In this document: in pieces, positions 10,400 through 20,083 of the stretch
How positions within the stretch are numbered: the stretch's first letter is position 1
Layout: every line of letters begins with the position of its first letter
From: an uncultured delta proteobacterium
Lineage (GTDB): Bacteria; Myxococcota_A; Polyangia; Polyangiales; Houyiibacteriaceae
Direction of reading: 5' to 3'
Assembly (NCBI GenBank): GCA_963699755.1
Contig: CAVOVB010000001.1
Coordinates: forward strand, 1,184,001 to 1,248,000
Length of the DNA: 64,000 bases
The notes under the pieces: model-generated
The model's input: only the letters and a program-made list of their open reading frames with translations
Databases searched by the model: none
What the model was told of the DNA's origin: nothing
Position numbers and translations under genes: made by a program

Positions 10400-11230
10400 T
10401 CATGGCGAAGCTGCAGGTAAAAGGCTCGCTTGCTGAACACCGAGCGAGTAATTTCGCAGACGCAGCTGCCCGGTTGATTCATAGAGAGCGCTCAAGGACT
10501 TCGATGCTAGCTCCGGATACCCTCCGAGCAGATCGAAAAGCGCGGCAGCCTCCTCGGTACCAAATCCGCCTGCATCACGGAACGCAAGCAGAGCGTCCCG
10601 GCGCTTCTGCAGCGGCTTGCCCCAGCCGTGCAGCGCGAGCCAACCCCAGTAGGCCTGGCTCTCGATCGGAGAAAAGCCTTCCACGAAAGGTCTTCGATGA
10701 ATCGCGTTCCAGCGAGCCTTGTACATGACGCGAATCGTGAGCGGCGGTGCAACCATCACGCCTTCGTGCAGCGCCCCGTACTGGTTCAGCACTTCGTCGA
10801 ATCCACCGATGATGCCCTGTTCGTCTTCGGTCAGCGGCTCCTCAGCTCGAGCGCTGAGCAGGCGCATGAAGCTTTCGACGGCGTCGGCGCGCATCGCCTC
10901 GAACGCGGGCGCTCCATGCTTCTCTATGAGTGCTCTTGTCGCATGGTGGATCGCGGCCTGGCGTCGTTCGTATTCTCGTCGTTCGTACGGGGGGTTGGCT
11001 TCCGCTCGGCCGTGGTCGAGAAAGAGCGACCGGAGGCTGCGGACCTCGTCGCTGTCGGGCATTTCTTTCGAAAGCGTTTGATCGAGCTCGATGGCGTCCG
11101 CGACGGCGGCTCGATCGAGGACGAGGCTCGGCATCTCCCAGGGGTCGACTGGCTGCGGAGTTGCGAGCGTCACACCCCCCACGGTCGCGGCCACAATCCA
11201 CGAGATCAACTTGAATCCAGCCTCGCTCAC
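10400..11230 (-). CDS. Hypothetical exported helical protein
   Basis: 276-aa ORF with a hydrophobic N-terminus that fills the intergenic space. Confidence 0.6.
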   Translation of the reverse strand: MSEAGFKLISWIVAATVGGVTLATPQPVDPWEMPSLVLDRAAVADAIELDQTLSKEMPDSDEVRSLRSLFLDHGRAEANPPYERREYERRQAAIHHATRALIEKHGAPAFEAMRADAVESFMRLLSARAEEPLTEDEQGIIGGFDEVLNQYGALHEGVMVAPPLTIRVMYKARWNAIHRRPFVEGFSPIESQAYWGWLALHGWGKPLQKRRDALLAFRDAGGFGTEEAAALFDLLGGYPELASKSLSALYESTGQLRLRNYSLGVQQASLLPAASP

Positions 11231-11299
11231 CTTCGCCGAACTCTATCATGCCGAGCGGGACTGCCCCCATTTCGATGCCTGCTAGGCTTCTCCGGTCTG

Positions 11300-11971
11300 A
11301 TGAAAGTCGAGGTCCACTTCTATGCTGCTGCCAGGGAGCTCGCTGGCTGCTCCAGCGCGACGTTCGAGCTCGTGTCGCAAAACCTGCCACAGGCGGAGCT
11401 GCGTGGCATAGTCGGTGATCGGTTTCCCTCCCTAGCAGCCTTCCTCGAACGCATGCGGCTCGCGGTCAATGGCGACTTCGTCGATGCCGCGCAGATGATT
11501 TGCGACGGTGATCGGGTCGACGTCCTTCCGCCTGTTGCAGGCGGTTCGCCGATCGTTCTTTGCGAGGTCCGCGCCCGAGAGATCTCACTCGACGAGGTTA
11601 GCAAGGCGGTCGAGCATCCCGGGGCCGGCGGCATCTGCATCTTCCAGGGCGTCGTGCGGGATCACGCCGATGGGAAACGAGTGTCCAGACTCGATTACGA
11701 GGCCCATGAGAGCTTGGCGAACAAGGAGATGCGGCGCGTGCTCGAAACGGTCGTCGCTGAACACAGCGGTGTCCGCATCGCCGCAATACATCGGGTCGGC
11801 AAGCTGGGCATCGGTGACGTTGCTGTCTGTGTCGCGGCGAGCGCAGCACACCGAGACGATGCATTCACCGCTTGCCGCAAAGCGATCGATCGGATCAAAG
11901 AGACCGTCCCTCTTTGGAAGAAGGAGTGGGGGCCCGACGGGGAAGCCCACTGGGTGAACCTCGATGGCTAA
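11300..11971 (+). CDS. moaE: MoaD-MoaE fusion (molybdopterin synthase, MoaX-type)
   Basis: MKVEVHFYA..RE ... PPVAGG (MoaD) followed by FQGVVRD, HRVGKL, IKETVPLWKKE (MoaE). Confidence 0.9.
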   Translation: MKVEVHFYAAARELAGCSSATFELVSQNLPQAELRGIVGDRFPSLAAFLERMRLAVNGDFVDAAQMICDGDRVDVLPPVAGGSPIVLCEVRAREISLDEVSKAVEHPGAGGICIFQGVVRDHADGKRVSRLDYEAHESLANKEMRRVLETVVAEHSGVRIAAIHRVGKLGIGDVAVCVAASAAHRDDAFTACRKAIDRIKETVPLWKKEWGPDGEAHWVNLDG

Positions 11972-13272
11972 GTGCCAGTGAGGCCGCGAAGGTCCGACAG
12001 GAGCGCCTCGCTCAAGACGCCCACGCAAGTCAGATATGCGTCTTTCGGATCGAGATAGCGCCGGACTGCCTGCTGGATGTCGCCTGGGGCGACCCGCTCG
12101 ACTCGATCGGCCACGGTCTCGACGCGTTCGGGGAGATGAAAAAGGGCGCTGCTCCCGATGAAGTGGGATGCATCCTCGGAGTTGTCGCGCACCGTGCGCA
12201 GGTCCCAGAGGTGGCGGCGCTTCGCTTTTTCGATCTCGTCCTCGGTCGGCGGGTGACGACGGAGCTCGGATACGAGCTCGAGTACGGTTTCCACCAGATA
12301 GGGCGCCTTTCTGTGCTCGACCGACGCCCCGAAGTCGAAGACGCCACAATCCTCGAGGGAGTCGTTTCCGGCGAACGCCTCATAGGCCAGGCCTCGTTCT
12401 TCGCAGATCGTTTGATGGACACGCGTGCTCAGCCCGTCGTCGAGCACCCGACCAAGCAAGAGCAGGGCTGGCGCTTCGGAGCTCGAAACCCCCGGCGTGT
12501 GGAACGAAAGGCGCACGTCGGTTTGGCTCCCGTGCTCGTGCACGTACGAGAAGCGCTCTCCTGCTCTGCCCTCGGGCGACCGACTGGGCTCAATTGCGCT
12601 TCCGGACGGCATTCCCTCGAACTCCGCGCGAATCGTTCTCTCGACTTCCGCGCGATCGAAAGCGCCCGTGACACAGAGCACGGAGTTGCGTGCGTTGTAG
12701 TGACGGTTGTGATGCTGCTGGAGGTCGACGGTTTCGAAGCGGTCCAAGTTCTCCACAGGTCCTACGATCGGGAAGCCGAGTGGGTGTTCGGGGTAGAGCA
12801 GTCGTCGAGAAACGTTGTCGACGTCGATCTGCTCGCCTTTCTCGTTGAGGTCTTCGAGGATCTCTTCACGAATGATCTGCTTCTCCGTGCGAAGCTCGCT
12901 CAAGAGCGGCTGCTGCAACACTTCGGCCAGGAGGCCGACGCCCTTGGCAATCGTCTCGGGCGGCAAGCTGAGGTCGTAGCTGGTAAAGTCGACGTGCGTC
13001 GCCGCGTCGAGGGTTCCACCCAGTCGCTCGATCGCGAGGTTGAGATCGTGCGCCGCCGGGTGCACCTCGGTGCCGCGATAGAGCATGTGCTCGAGGAAGT
13101 GGCTCAAACCGTTTGTCTGCTCGGTTTCGTAGCGCGAGCCAACGCGCACGAAGAACGAAACCGTCGCGGACTGAAGGTGAGGCAGAGGAACGAGCCGCAC
13201 CCGAAGCCCGTTCCCGAGCGTCAGCGACTCGGAGGGCAGCCCGGGGAGCCTCGAGCCCTTAGCTACGGCCAT
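11968..13272 (-). CDS. M16 (pitrilysin/insulinase) zinc peptidase
   Basis: GLSHFLEHM inverted zinc motif; LGNGLRV; EERGLAY. Confidence 0.9.
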   Translation of the reverse strand: MAVAKGSRLPGLPSESLTLGNGLRVRLVPLPHLQSATVSFFVRVGSRYETEQTNGLSHFLEHMLYRGTEVHPAAHDLNLAIERLGGTLDAATHVDFTSYDLSLPPETIAKGVGLLAEVLQQPLLSELRTEKQIIREEILEDLNEKGEQIDVDNVSRRLLYPEHPLGFPIVGPVENLDRFETVDLQQHHNRHYNARNSVLCVTGAFDRAEVERTIRAEFEGMPSGSAIEPSRSPEGRAGERFSYVHEHGSQTDVRLSFHTPGVSSSEAPALLLLGRVLDDGLSTRVHQTICEERGLAYEAFAGNDSLEDCGVFDFGASVEHRKAPYLVETVLELVSELRRHPPTEDEIEKAKRRHLWDLRTVRDNSEDASHFIGSSALFHLPERVETVADRVERVAPGDIQQAVRRYLDPKDAYLTCVGVLSEALLSDLRGLTGT

Positions 13273-14866
13273 CCGAGGCTTGAAGTGGGTTGACGCGCAG
13301 TGCCTTGTCGGCCGTTGCCCGAGCGCGTAGCTGCTGGATATAGAGGTCGATGGTCTCTCTTTTTTTGAGTGTCCGAAGAACCTCGCGAGTGGACTCTCGA
13401 ACCGAGTCGGTGAACGCCTCCTCGTCAGGACGCTGTCGATCGATGAGCCGGAAGACGAACCACTCGCGGCCAATCTTCACTGGCGCCCTCGGGAACGTCT
13501 CACCTTGGGGCAAGGAGAACACCGCTTCGAGCAGTGCCGCGGTCGAAACTCCGGGCACGGGGGTGTCGGAGCGACCGAAGTCGACGGTTTCATCGAGCGT
13601 CGGTGTCAGGGCAGACTCGCTGCCTTGCTCGGCTGCAGCCTCTAGGTTCTTTGCGATGGCTTCGTCGTCCTGAGTCGATCGCCAGGAATCGAGGGTGCTG
13701 GCGGCGGCTCGTTGGGCTCGCTCGTCCAACCAATCCGCTCGGTAGAGGCCTTCGGCGAGCTCTCGTTTGGCCTCGTCGACCGGGACGTCTCCCTCGCGGA
13801 TCGCGCTCACTTTGATCACGTGAAAGCCGTATGGGGTTTCCACGACATCGGATACCTCGTCCACCTTCATAGAGAAGAGAGCCGTATCGAACGCTTCGGG
13901 CATTGCGCCCTTGCGGAGGAAGCCGATGTCGCCGCCTTTCTTTGCGGTCACTTGGTCGTCGCTCGTTTCGCTCGCGAGCTTCGCGAAATCTTCACCATTG
14001 GCAGCGCGCCCCCGCAGCGCCTGAGCCCGTTTCTTGGCTTCGGCCTTCTGCTCTTCGCTCGCATAGGACCCTGCCTTGATCAGGATGTGGCGAGCACGAA
14101 CCTGCTTCTCGAGGTTGGTATAGCGGTGTTTGTTGATACCGTACTCGGCGTCCAGTCGGTCTTGGTTCTCCGCGATCCAGGCATCGAGCGCGGCGCCGCT
14201 GGTCGGCGGCATTCGCTGCGCGTAGTAGGCCGGAGCGAAACGGACGTACTTGATCTTCGCGCTGTCGTTTTGGCGGACGTAGTCGTCCCAGACCTCCGCT
14301 TCGCTGACGGTGACCGTCGAAGCGAGGAGCTCGCGCATCTCTGCTGCCAAGTACTCATCGACCTGCGCATCCGCGAACTCGCCGACGCTTCGGCGAAGGC
14401 CGTTCTGGATGTAGCGCTCGGCGAGGTCCTTGTTGAATCTGCCGTCTTTGTCCGTGAAGGAAACCGGAATCTCGCCCTGGGGAAGGATGGGCGGCGCTCC
14501 CACTCCCAGTGACAACAAGATGACGCCCTCGTTGACGAAGCGCGCCATGACCTCTTCCTGGCTTACATCGAATCCCACCTTTCGCGCCTCGCGCGCGAGC
14601 AGGGTGCGGTCGATCAGGCCATCGAGAACCAGTTGGGGCAAGCGCATCGAGCGCTGCGTCTCCTCGGGGAGTCTCCCGAAGTTTGCCACCGAGTACGCCG
14701 CCTCGAAGTCGCCTCTGCTTAGCGTTTGGTCGTAGACCCGCGCGAGGTATGTGCTGCCACCCGCGGCACAGCCTTCGGCCTGACCACCGCCGAACTGCAG
14801 GGCAAACACCGCCGAAAGCAGCACCACGAGAAGAACGAGAAAGAAGCCTTTGAACTTATCAACCAT
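13259..14866 (-). CDS. PpiD/SurA-like membrane-anchored parvulin PPIase
   Basis: N-terminal TM, SurA_N region, VRARHILIK...FAKLA..S.D...GGDIG...ETPYGFHVIK. Confidence 0.85.
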   Translation of the reverse strand: MVDKFKGFFLVLLVVLLSAVFALQFGGGQAEGCAAGGSTYLARVYDQTLSRGDFEAAYSVANFGRLPEETQRSMRLPQLVLDGLIDRTLLAREARKVGFDVSQEEVMARFVNEGVILLSLGVGAPPILPQGEIPVSFTDKDGRFNKDLAERYIQNGLRRSVGEFADAQVDEYLAAEMRELLASTVTVSEAEVWDDYVRQNDSAKIKYVRFAPAYYAQRMPPTSGAALDAWIAENQDRLDAEYGINKHRYTNLEKQVRARHILIKAGSYASEEQKAEAKKRAQALRGRAANGEDFAKLASETSDDQVTAKKGGDIGFLRKGAMPEAFDTALFSMKVDEVSDVVETPYGFHVIKVSAIREGDVPVDEAKRELAEGLYRADWLDERAQRAAASTLDSWRSTQDDEAIAKNLEAAAEQGSESALTPTLDETVDFGRSDTPVPGVSTAALLEAVFSLPQGETFPRAPVKIGREWFVFRLIDRQRPDEEAFTDSVRESTREVLRTLKKRETIDLYIQQLRARATADKALRVNPLQASDGRS

Positions 14867-15032
14867 CGCCAATTTCCGCTGAAGAGGCCGAACCATAGAG
14901 GAGACGTTGGCCCGCGGCAAACAGTGGTCTTTGGGGCCCTGCTCGGCCCGAGAGTTGGCGTGATCGGTCAGGGCTTCTACACTCCGGCCTCGGGTGCGCG
15001 GAGCGCATTGGACTGGGGAAAGTGAGGCGTAT

Positions 15033-15617
15033 GTGACCCAGGGCTCGAGCCTACCGCCACTGAAGAGCAACGAGAGCAAATACGGCATCGTCGCACTGCT
15101 GCTACTGCTCGTTGCTGGAGCCATTTGGTTCTTTGCCAAGAGCTGCGAATCCGGCCCCGAGGCCGAGCCCGTCGAGGTCAAGCCCGCGGTCGTGACCAGG
15201 GAGCAGTTCGCTCCCGAGATCGAAATCCCGGAAGAAGACGCGGGCCTCAGCGACAGCGCAGAATCGGCGCCGGATGCAAGGCCCACGCAAGGACAGACCC
15301 CTCCGTCGGAGTGGATCTGCAACGGCTCACTCACCGCCGCGGAGCTCAGTGCGGTGATCCGTGGACAACCGAGCAAGCAGGTGCAGGCCTGCTACGAGCG
15401 AGGACTCAAGGACGACAACATGCTTCAGGGCACGATGAAGCTCTTGCTCACCATCGGTGCGAGCGGTGGCGTGAAGGCCGTCGAGGTGAGCGGCTCACTC
15501 AAGGACCCGCAGGTCTACGGCTGCGTGAAGCGCGTTGCGAAGACTTGGAAGTTCCCGAAGCCGCGAGACGGTTGCGTGCGTACGGAAGTTCCGTTCCAGA
15601 TGACACCGAAGCTCTGA
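15033..15617 (+). CDS. AgmX/PglI C-terminal (TonB-C-like) domain protein
   Basis: Single TM, VQACYERGLK...G....L.I...G.V....C......WKFPKP. Confidence 0.75.
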   Translation: MTQGSSLPPLKSNESKYGIVALLLLLVAGAIWFFAKSCESGPEAEPVEVKPAVVTREQFAPEIEIPEEDAGLSDSAESAPDARPTQGQTPPSEWICNGSLTAAELSAVIRGQPSKQVQACYERGLKDDNMLQGTMKLLLTIGASGGVKAVEVSGSLKDPQVYGCVKRVAKTWKFPKPRDGCVRTEVPFQMTPKL

Positions 15618-15622
15618 GCCGC

Positions 15623-16654
15623 TCAGGCGTTCGCGAAACGAAGGACGTCGGCGACGTCGTCTGGGCTGCCCAAGAAAACGGGCGTGCGCTGGTGCAGCTC
15701 TTTGGGCTGGATCGTGAGGATTCGGTTCATACCGTCCGAGGCGGCGCCGCCTGCGGCTTCGACAAGAAATGCCATCGGCGAGGCTTCGTAGAGAAGCCGG
15801 AGCTTGCCGTTCGCGTTCTTCGCATCGCGCGGATAGACGAAAACCCCGCCGCGAAGAAGGGTCCTGTGCACGTCCGCAACCATCGCGCCGATGTAGCGAA
15901 GGCGATAGGCCTGCTTGTTTTCGGACGGAGTCTTGATCCAGTCGACCCAACTCTGAATGTGTTTGTCCCAGCTGTGGTAGTTGCCCTCGTTGATCGAGTA
16001 GGTGCCGCCGCGCTTGGGAACCTTGATGTTCGGGTGCGATAGGAAGAACTCGCCGACGCCGGGATCATAGGTGAAGCCGTCTACTTGATCGCCTGTAGAG
16101 TAGACCAACATGTTGGACGAGCCGTAGATCACATAACCAGCAGCCACGATGTCGATCCCAGGCTGCAAGAGGTCCTTGAGGCTTCCTGGCTCGCCCTCGG
16201 GTGTGAGACGGCGATGAATCGAAAAGATCGTGCCGATCGATGCGTTGATGTCGATGTTGCCTGAGCCATCGAGAGGGTCGAACTGAAGGACGTACTTGCC
16301 CTGCGGGTACTGCGAGGGAATTTGAATGGGCTCTTCGACCTCTTCGCTTCCCATGACGCAGACGTGACCGCCGGCCTCGACCGTGCTCACGATCGTACGG
16401 TTGGCGAAATCGTCGAGCTTTTGGACCTGCTCGCCCTGCACGTTCGTCGCGCCTGTCCGCCCGAGGATCCCTGAGAGGCCCGCTTTGCTGACCCGGCTGC
16501 CTATGATCTTGGCGGCAAGGCTGATCTGTTGGAAAAGTCCTGTAAAATCGCCGGTGGCCTCGGGCATGCGGCGCTGCCGATCGAGCAGGTGCCGCTCGAG
16601 GGTGGTTCCGATGGGACTGAGCAGCGCGGGGCCGATCGACGGTCGGTTAGACAT
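15623..16654 (-). CDS. fbp: Class 1 fructose-1,6-bisphosphatase
   Basis: NVQGEQVQKLD, FDPLDGS, RYIGAMVADVHRTL, GKLRLLYE. Confidence 0.95.
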   Translation of the reverse strand: MSNRPSIGPALLSPIGTTLERHLLDRQRRMPEATGDFTGLFQQISLAAKIIGSRVSKAGLSGILGRTGATNVQGEQVQKLDDFANRTIVSTVEAGGHVCVMGSEEVEEPIQIPSQYPQGKYVLQFDPLDGSGNIDINASIGTIFSIHRRLTPEGEPGSLKDLLQPGIDIVAAGYVIYGSSNMLVYSTGDQVDGFTYDPGVGEFFLSHPNIKVPKRGGTYSINEGNYHSWDKHIQSWVDWIKTPSENKQAYRLRYIGAMVADVHRTLLRGGVFVYPRDAKNANGKLRLLYEASPMAFLVEAAGGAASDGMNRILTIQPKELHQRTPVFLGSPDDVADVLRFANA

Positions 16655-16757
16655 CGCTGCGGGGCATACCAGAGGCCTCCGAGCCGCGCCAGGAGCTGCA
16701 AAAGCAGGGTGGCAGGTCACTCTTGTATTGTTGTAAACTTACCGTGATGGGGCATCT

Positions 16758-17555
16758 GTGACGAACTTCCGCAACTGGCTGAAGGACACCCAAGAGCGGA
16801 GAGCGGGCACGCCCCGCTTTCGCACGATGCTAGGCCTTCCGGATGTGCTCAGCCTTGGCAACCTGAGCGTCGTGTATCAGCCGATCGTCTCCCTCAAGAC
16901 GATGGAGCCATTCGCTCACGAGGCATTGGTTCGGAGCAACTCGCCGCACTGGATCAACCCACCGAAGCTCTTCGACGAGGCGATTCAGTCTCGATGCGTG
17001 GGTGCGCTCGGCCGCGCGATTCGCGAGCTTTCAATTACACATTGCCCTGGCATGCCGCTCTTTCTCAACGTGCATCCGAACGAATTCGATGAGTCCTGGT
17101 TGGTGCAGCCCGATGATCCGATCTTCACGCATGACTTGCCGATCTATCTCGAGGTGACGGAGTCGGTCCCACTGACCCACTTCGCGTACTGTCACAGCGT
17201 CCTTCGCGAGATTCGCGGCAAGGGAGTCGCACTCGCAGTCGATGACCTCGGCGCTGGCTACTCGAACTTGAAGTATATCGCCGACCTCAAACCCGAAGTA
17301 GTGAAGCTCGATCGAGCCCTGATCGCAGACCTTGCAGACGATCGCCGCGCACAGGTTCTCGTTCGCCACATCGTGCAACTTTGCCACGAGCTCGGTGCGC
17401 GCGTGGTTGCTGAAGGCATCGAGCAGGAAACCGAGATGAAGGTAGTCATCGACTGTGGTGCGGACTACGGCCAAGGCTACTACTTCGCGCGTCCGGCTTA
17501 TCCGGCGCCTGGAGTCAGCGAAGCGCCGCTCGAAGTGATTCGCAAAGGTGCCTAG
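16758..17555 (+). CDS. Stand-alone EAL-domain c-di-GMP phosphodiesterase
   Basis: YQP, EAL, FLN, LEVTE, DDLGAGYS, KLD, AEGIE, QGYY all present. Confidence 0.9.
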   Translation: MTNFRNWLKDTQERRAGTPRFRTMLGLPDVLSLGNLSVVYQPIVSLKTMEPFAHEALVRSNSPHWINPPKLFDEAIQSRCVGALGRAIRELSITHCPGMPLFLNVHPNEFDESWLVQPDDPIFTHDLPIYLEVTESVPLTHFAYCHSVLREIRGKGVALAVDDLGAGYSNLKYIADLKPEVVKLDRALIADLADDRRAQVLVRHIVQLCHELGARVVAEGIEQETEMKVVIDCGADYGQGYYFARPAYPAPGVSEAPLEVIRKGA

Positions 17556-17565
17556 CGAGCGCGCT

Positions 17566-19206
17566 TCAAAAGGGGACGGACTGATAGCTGACGTCCCCGG
17601 CCTCGTGACCTTGGACCTGGAGAATTGCGCTCACCTGCTGCCCGTTCGGTCCACGCTGCATCGACACGACGAGGTCGACCGCGCTCGCGAGCAGCTGCGC
17701 AACGTAGGTTCGGTGGGCTCCGGTAGAGCCGGCGGCCAGCATCAGGCCCTCTATGGCGTCCTTGGTGCTCCAGCAATGTACGCCGAGGAGGTGACCCGGA
17801 TCGCGACCGAGCACCGCGGTCAGAGCAGTCATCGTGTCGGGTCCACAGAGGTCGTTGATGACGAGATGATCGGCGTGAAGACGCGCTCCATGAGCGATCG
17901 CCTCGCCAAGCGGAATGCCCGAATCGGCGGCGGTTAGGGAAATCAATCGGTCTCGATCGATGTCGAGCTCCGGAGTGGCCTCCACGGTGACGATGTTTTC
18001 GCTTGCCGGAAGCTCACGAACAAGCGCGGACATCACCTCGGCGACGCCCGAGCCCCGAGGCCCCGCGACGACGATGTTGCGGCACTCCGCGACGGCCTTG
18101 GCCAGGTACGTCGCCGCATCGGCACTCATCCAACCCTGCTCGGCGAGTTGCTCGAGCGAGCTGGCGTTGTGGATGCGAAGCTCGATCACGGTGGCGCTCA
18201 TCACCAGGGGCGGCTGCATGATCGTCAGGCTCGGGCCGAACGAAAGCCGCCCGTGAAGCACCGATCGGCCTTCGAGCGACTGACCGCTCTCCGCCGCAAG
18301 GCGTCGCGCGACTCTCTGGAGTGCGGTCTCCGAAGAGAACTTCGACGTTGCCGCCCGCAGGCCTTCGCCCTTGTCGACGAAGATGTGTTCCGGCCCGTTC
18401 ACGACGATCGTGCGAACCGATTCGTTGGAGAGCAAATCATCGAGAGCCCCCAATCCCACCGCCTCGTGCAGGGCCGCATGCGCCACGCCGCGCATGTCCA
18501 AGTCGGCATGAACTAGGCCGTCGGTCTGCATTGCGAGGAACGTCTCCGCGATCGCCGCGCGCGCAGCGGACCAGCGTTCCTGGTTCTTCATGGCCGCAGG
18601 GTCGACGTCGTCCATGTCAATGCGTTCGGCGAGACGGCTGAGCAAGGTGTTCAACGGATCGCCTATCGAAATCGCCGTCTCGGTTTTCGCACGAGCGCGG
18701 GGCATTGACGTCTCTCGGCGTTGAACGCGGGGAGGGCTTGCCGTCGCCCGCGCGTCCGGCAGCAGTCCCGTCACGCTCGAACCCCCCGGCGTCGCCCGCC
18801 TCGCTGCAATCGTACGCCGGATCGGAACCGAGGTGGCGACCGGCATGGGAGGCTTGTCAGGCAGCGGAGGCGGTTCCGAAACTCGGGGCATCGAGCCCGC
18901 CGTCTCCGAGCGTTCGTCCGTGGCTTCGAGCGTAATGATGAAGTCGGCGATGTAGATCTTGTCGCCCTGTTTCAATGTTTGAGCCGAGGTGATCTTTCGA
19001 CCGTTGACCCAGGTTCCGTTCGTGCTGTTCAGATCGACGACAACTGGTTGCTCGTTCTCGAGCGTTAGGCGCGCGTGCTGCTTGGAAACGTTGCGCTTCG
19101 ACAGGACGATGTCGTTGCCTTGGACGCGACCCACCGTCAGCTCCGGCTTCGAGAAATCAAGCCTACGCCGGACGCCGCCCTCATCGGTGATCACAACCGC
19201 GTACAT
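17566..19206 (-). CDS. FHA domain + TadA/CpaF-like secretion ATPase domain (degenerate Walker motifs)
   Basis: GR..NDIVL..VSKQHA...DLNSTNGTWVNG; GLGALDDLL...IVVNGP; Walker A region reads GPRGSGVA. Confidence 0.82.
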   Translation of the reverse strand: MYAVVITDEGGVRRRLDFSKPELTVGRVQGNDIVLSKRNVSKQHARLTLENEQPVVVDLNSTNGTWVNGRKITSAQTLKQGDKIYIADFIITLEATDERSETAGSMPRVSEPPPLPDKPPMPVATSVPIRRTIAARRATPGGSSVTGLLPDARATASPPRVQRRETSMPRARAKTETAISIGDPLNTLLSRLAERIDMDDVDPAAMKNQERWSAARAAIAETFLAMQTDGLVHADLDMRGVAHAALHEAVGLGALDDLLSNESVRTIVVNGPEHIFVDKGEGLRAATSKFSSETALQRVARRLAAESGQSLEGRSVLHGRLSFGPSLTIMQPPLVMSATVIELRIHNASSLEQLAEQGWMSADAATYLAKAVAECRNIVVAGPRGSGVAEVMSALVRELPASENIVTVEATPELDIDRDRLISLTAADSGIPLGEAIAHGARLHADHLVINDLCGPDTMTALTAVLGRDPGHLLGVHCWSTKDAIEGLMLAAGSTGAHRTYVAQLLASAVDLVVSMQRGPNGQQVSAILQVQGHEAGDVSYQSVPF

Positions 19207-19441
19207 CCCCTTCGTCCATTCAAGAGGCGGCTGAGCCTGGCGTCAAGTCATTGCCGATTCTCGCCCCAGCGGCTAAGCGCTCCTCAGACTGGCGCGGCCC
19301 TGCTTCATTCGTATAAGCAACTAGAATTATGAGCTTTTCACAGACAGCCATCTCCGGTTCAGGTCAGCTAGGGTTAAGAAATTACCCCGCTTGGCCTGAA
19401 TCCGTACCACCAAAGGGGTCAACTGGGGTAGCTTACGCGGC

Positions 19442-20083
19442 ATGCCGGGTGGGTTTCTGATTGTCGAGGACGAGCCGACCTTGGCTCGGACCCTCGCTCG
19501 CACGTTTGGGCGTCATGGTCCGGTCGAGGTCGTGCACAGCATGGTCGCAGCCCGTGAACAGCTGCAAAACCACGACGAGTGGACGGGGGTCGTGCTGGAC
19601 CTGATTTTGCCAGACGGATACGGTTTGGACCTTTTGGCCGAGATCCGAAAGATTCACGGCGCGCTGCCCGTTCTCGTGCTCACGGGCGAGCTCAATCGTG
19701 ATGTGGTCAACAAAGTTCAGACCATGCGGGGAGAGTATGTCTGCAAGCCCGCGTCGGCGGACAATCTGAATCCGTTCATTCAGAGAGCACTTGCCCAGGA
19801 GCGCGTCGATGACGCAGCCATCGGGCAACGCATCGAACACCTGGCACGCCAGCTCAAGCTCACGCGTCGCGAAACAGAGCTTCTCACGCTTTCGGTCGAC
19901 GGCCTCTCGCGCAAAGAGCTCGCCGATTCACTCGGCGTCGCAGAGAACACGGTCAAGGCCCAGATTCGCTCGCTCTTGAAGAAGAGCGGTGCGCGAAGCC
20001 TCGCGACCTTGGCGCAGAAGGTCATCAAGGGCGCGACGCGTGACACGCTCCCGCCCGAAGCGCCCATCGGCGCTACCGACTGA
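19442..20083 (+). CDS. Response regulator, receiver + LuxR-type HTH
   Basis: IVEDE, VLDLILPDG.G, LTG, KP; LTRRE...G.S..E.A..LG....TVK. Confidence 0.9.
   Translation: MPGGFLIVEDEPTLARTLARTFGRHGPVEVVHSMVAAREQLQNHDEWTGVVLDLILPDGYGLDLLAEIRKIHGALPVLVLTGELNRDVVNKVQTMRGEYVCKPASADNLNPFIQRALAQERVDDAAIGQRIEHLARQLKLTRRETELLTLSVDGLSRKELADSLGVAENTVKAQIRSLLKKSGARSLATLAQKVIKGATRDTLPPEAPIGATD

Noticed and set aside
10628..11299. Long N-terminal extension on the MoaD-MoaE ORF (447 aa)
   Set aside because: It is the antisense shadow of the 10400-11230 gene; the MoaD domain starts at ATG 11300.
11872..13293. 473-aa + strand ORF, and similar long antisense ORFs (26533-28122, 35096-36187, 43298-44320)
   Set aside because: High-GC shadow ORFs opposite well-supported genes, with no recognisable motifs.
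14867..15376. 705-aa version of the PPIase
   Set aside because: The extension overlaps the opposite-strand AgmX-like gene; the TM anchor starts at 14866.
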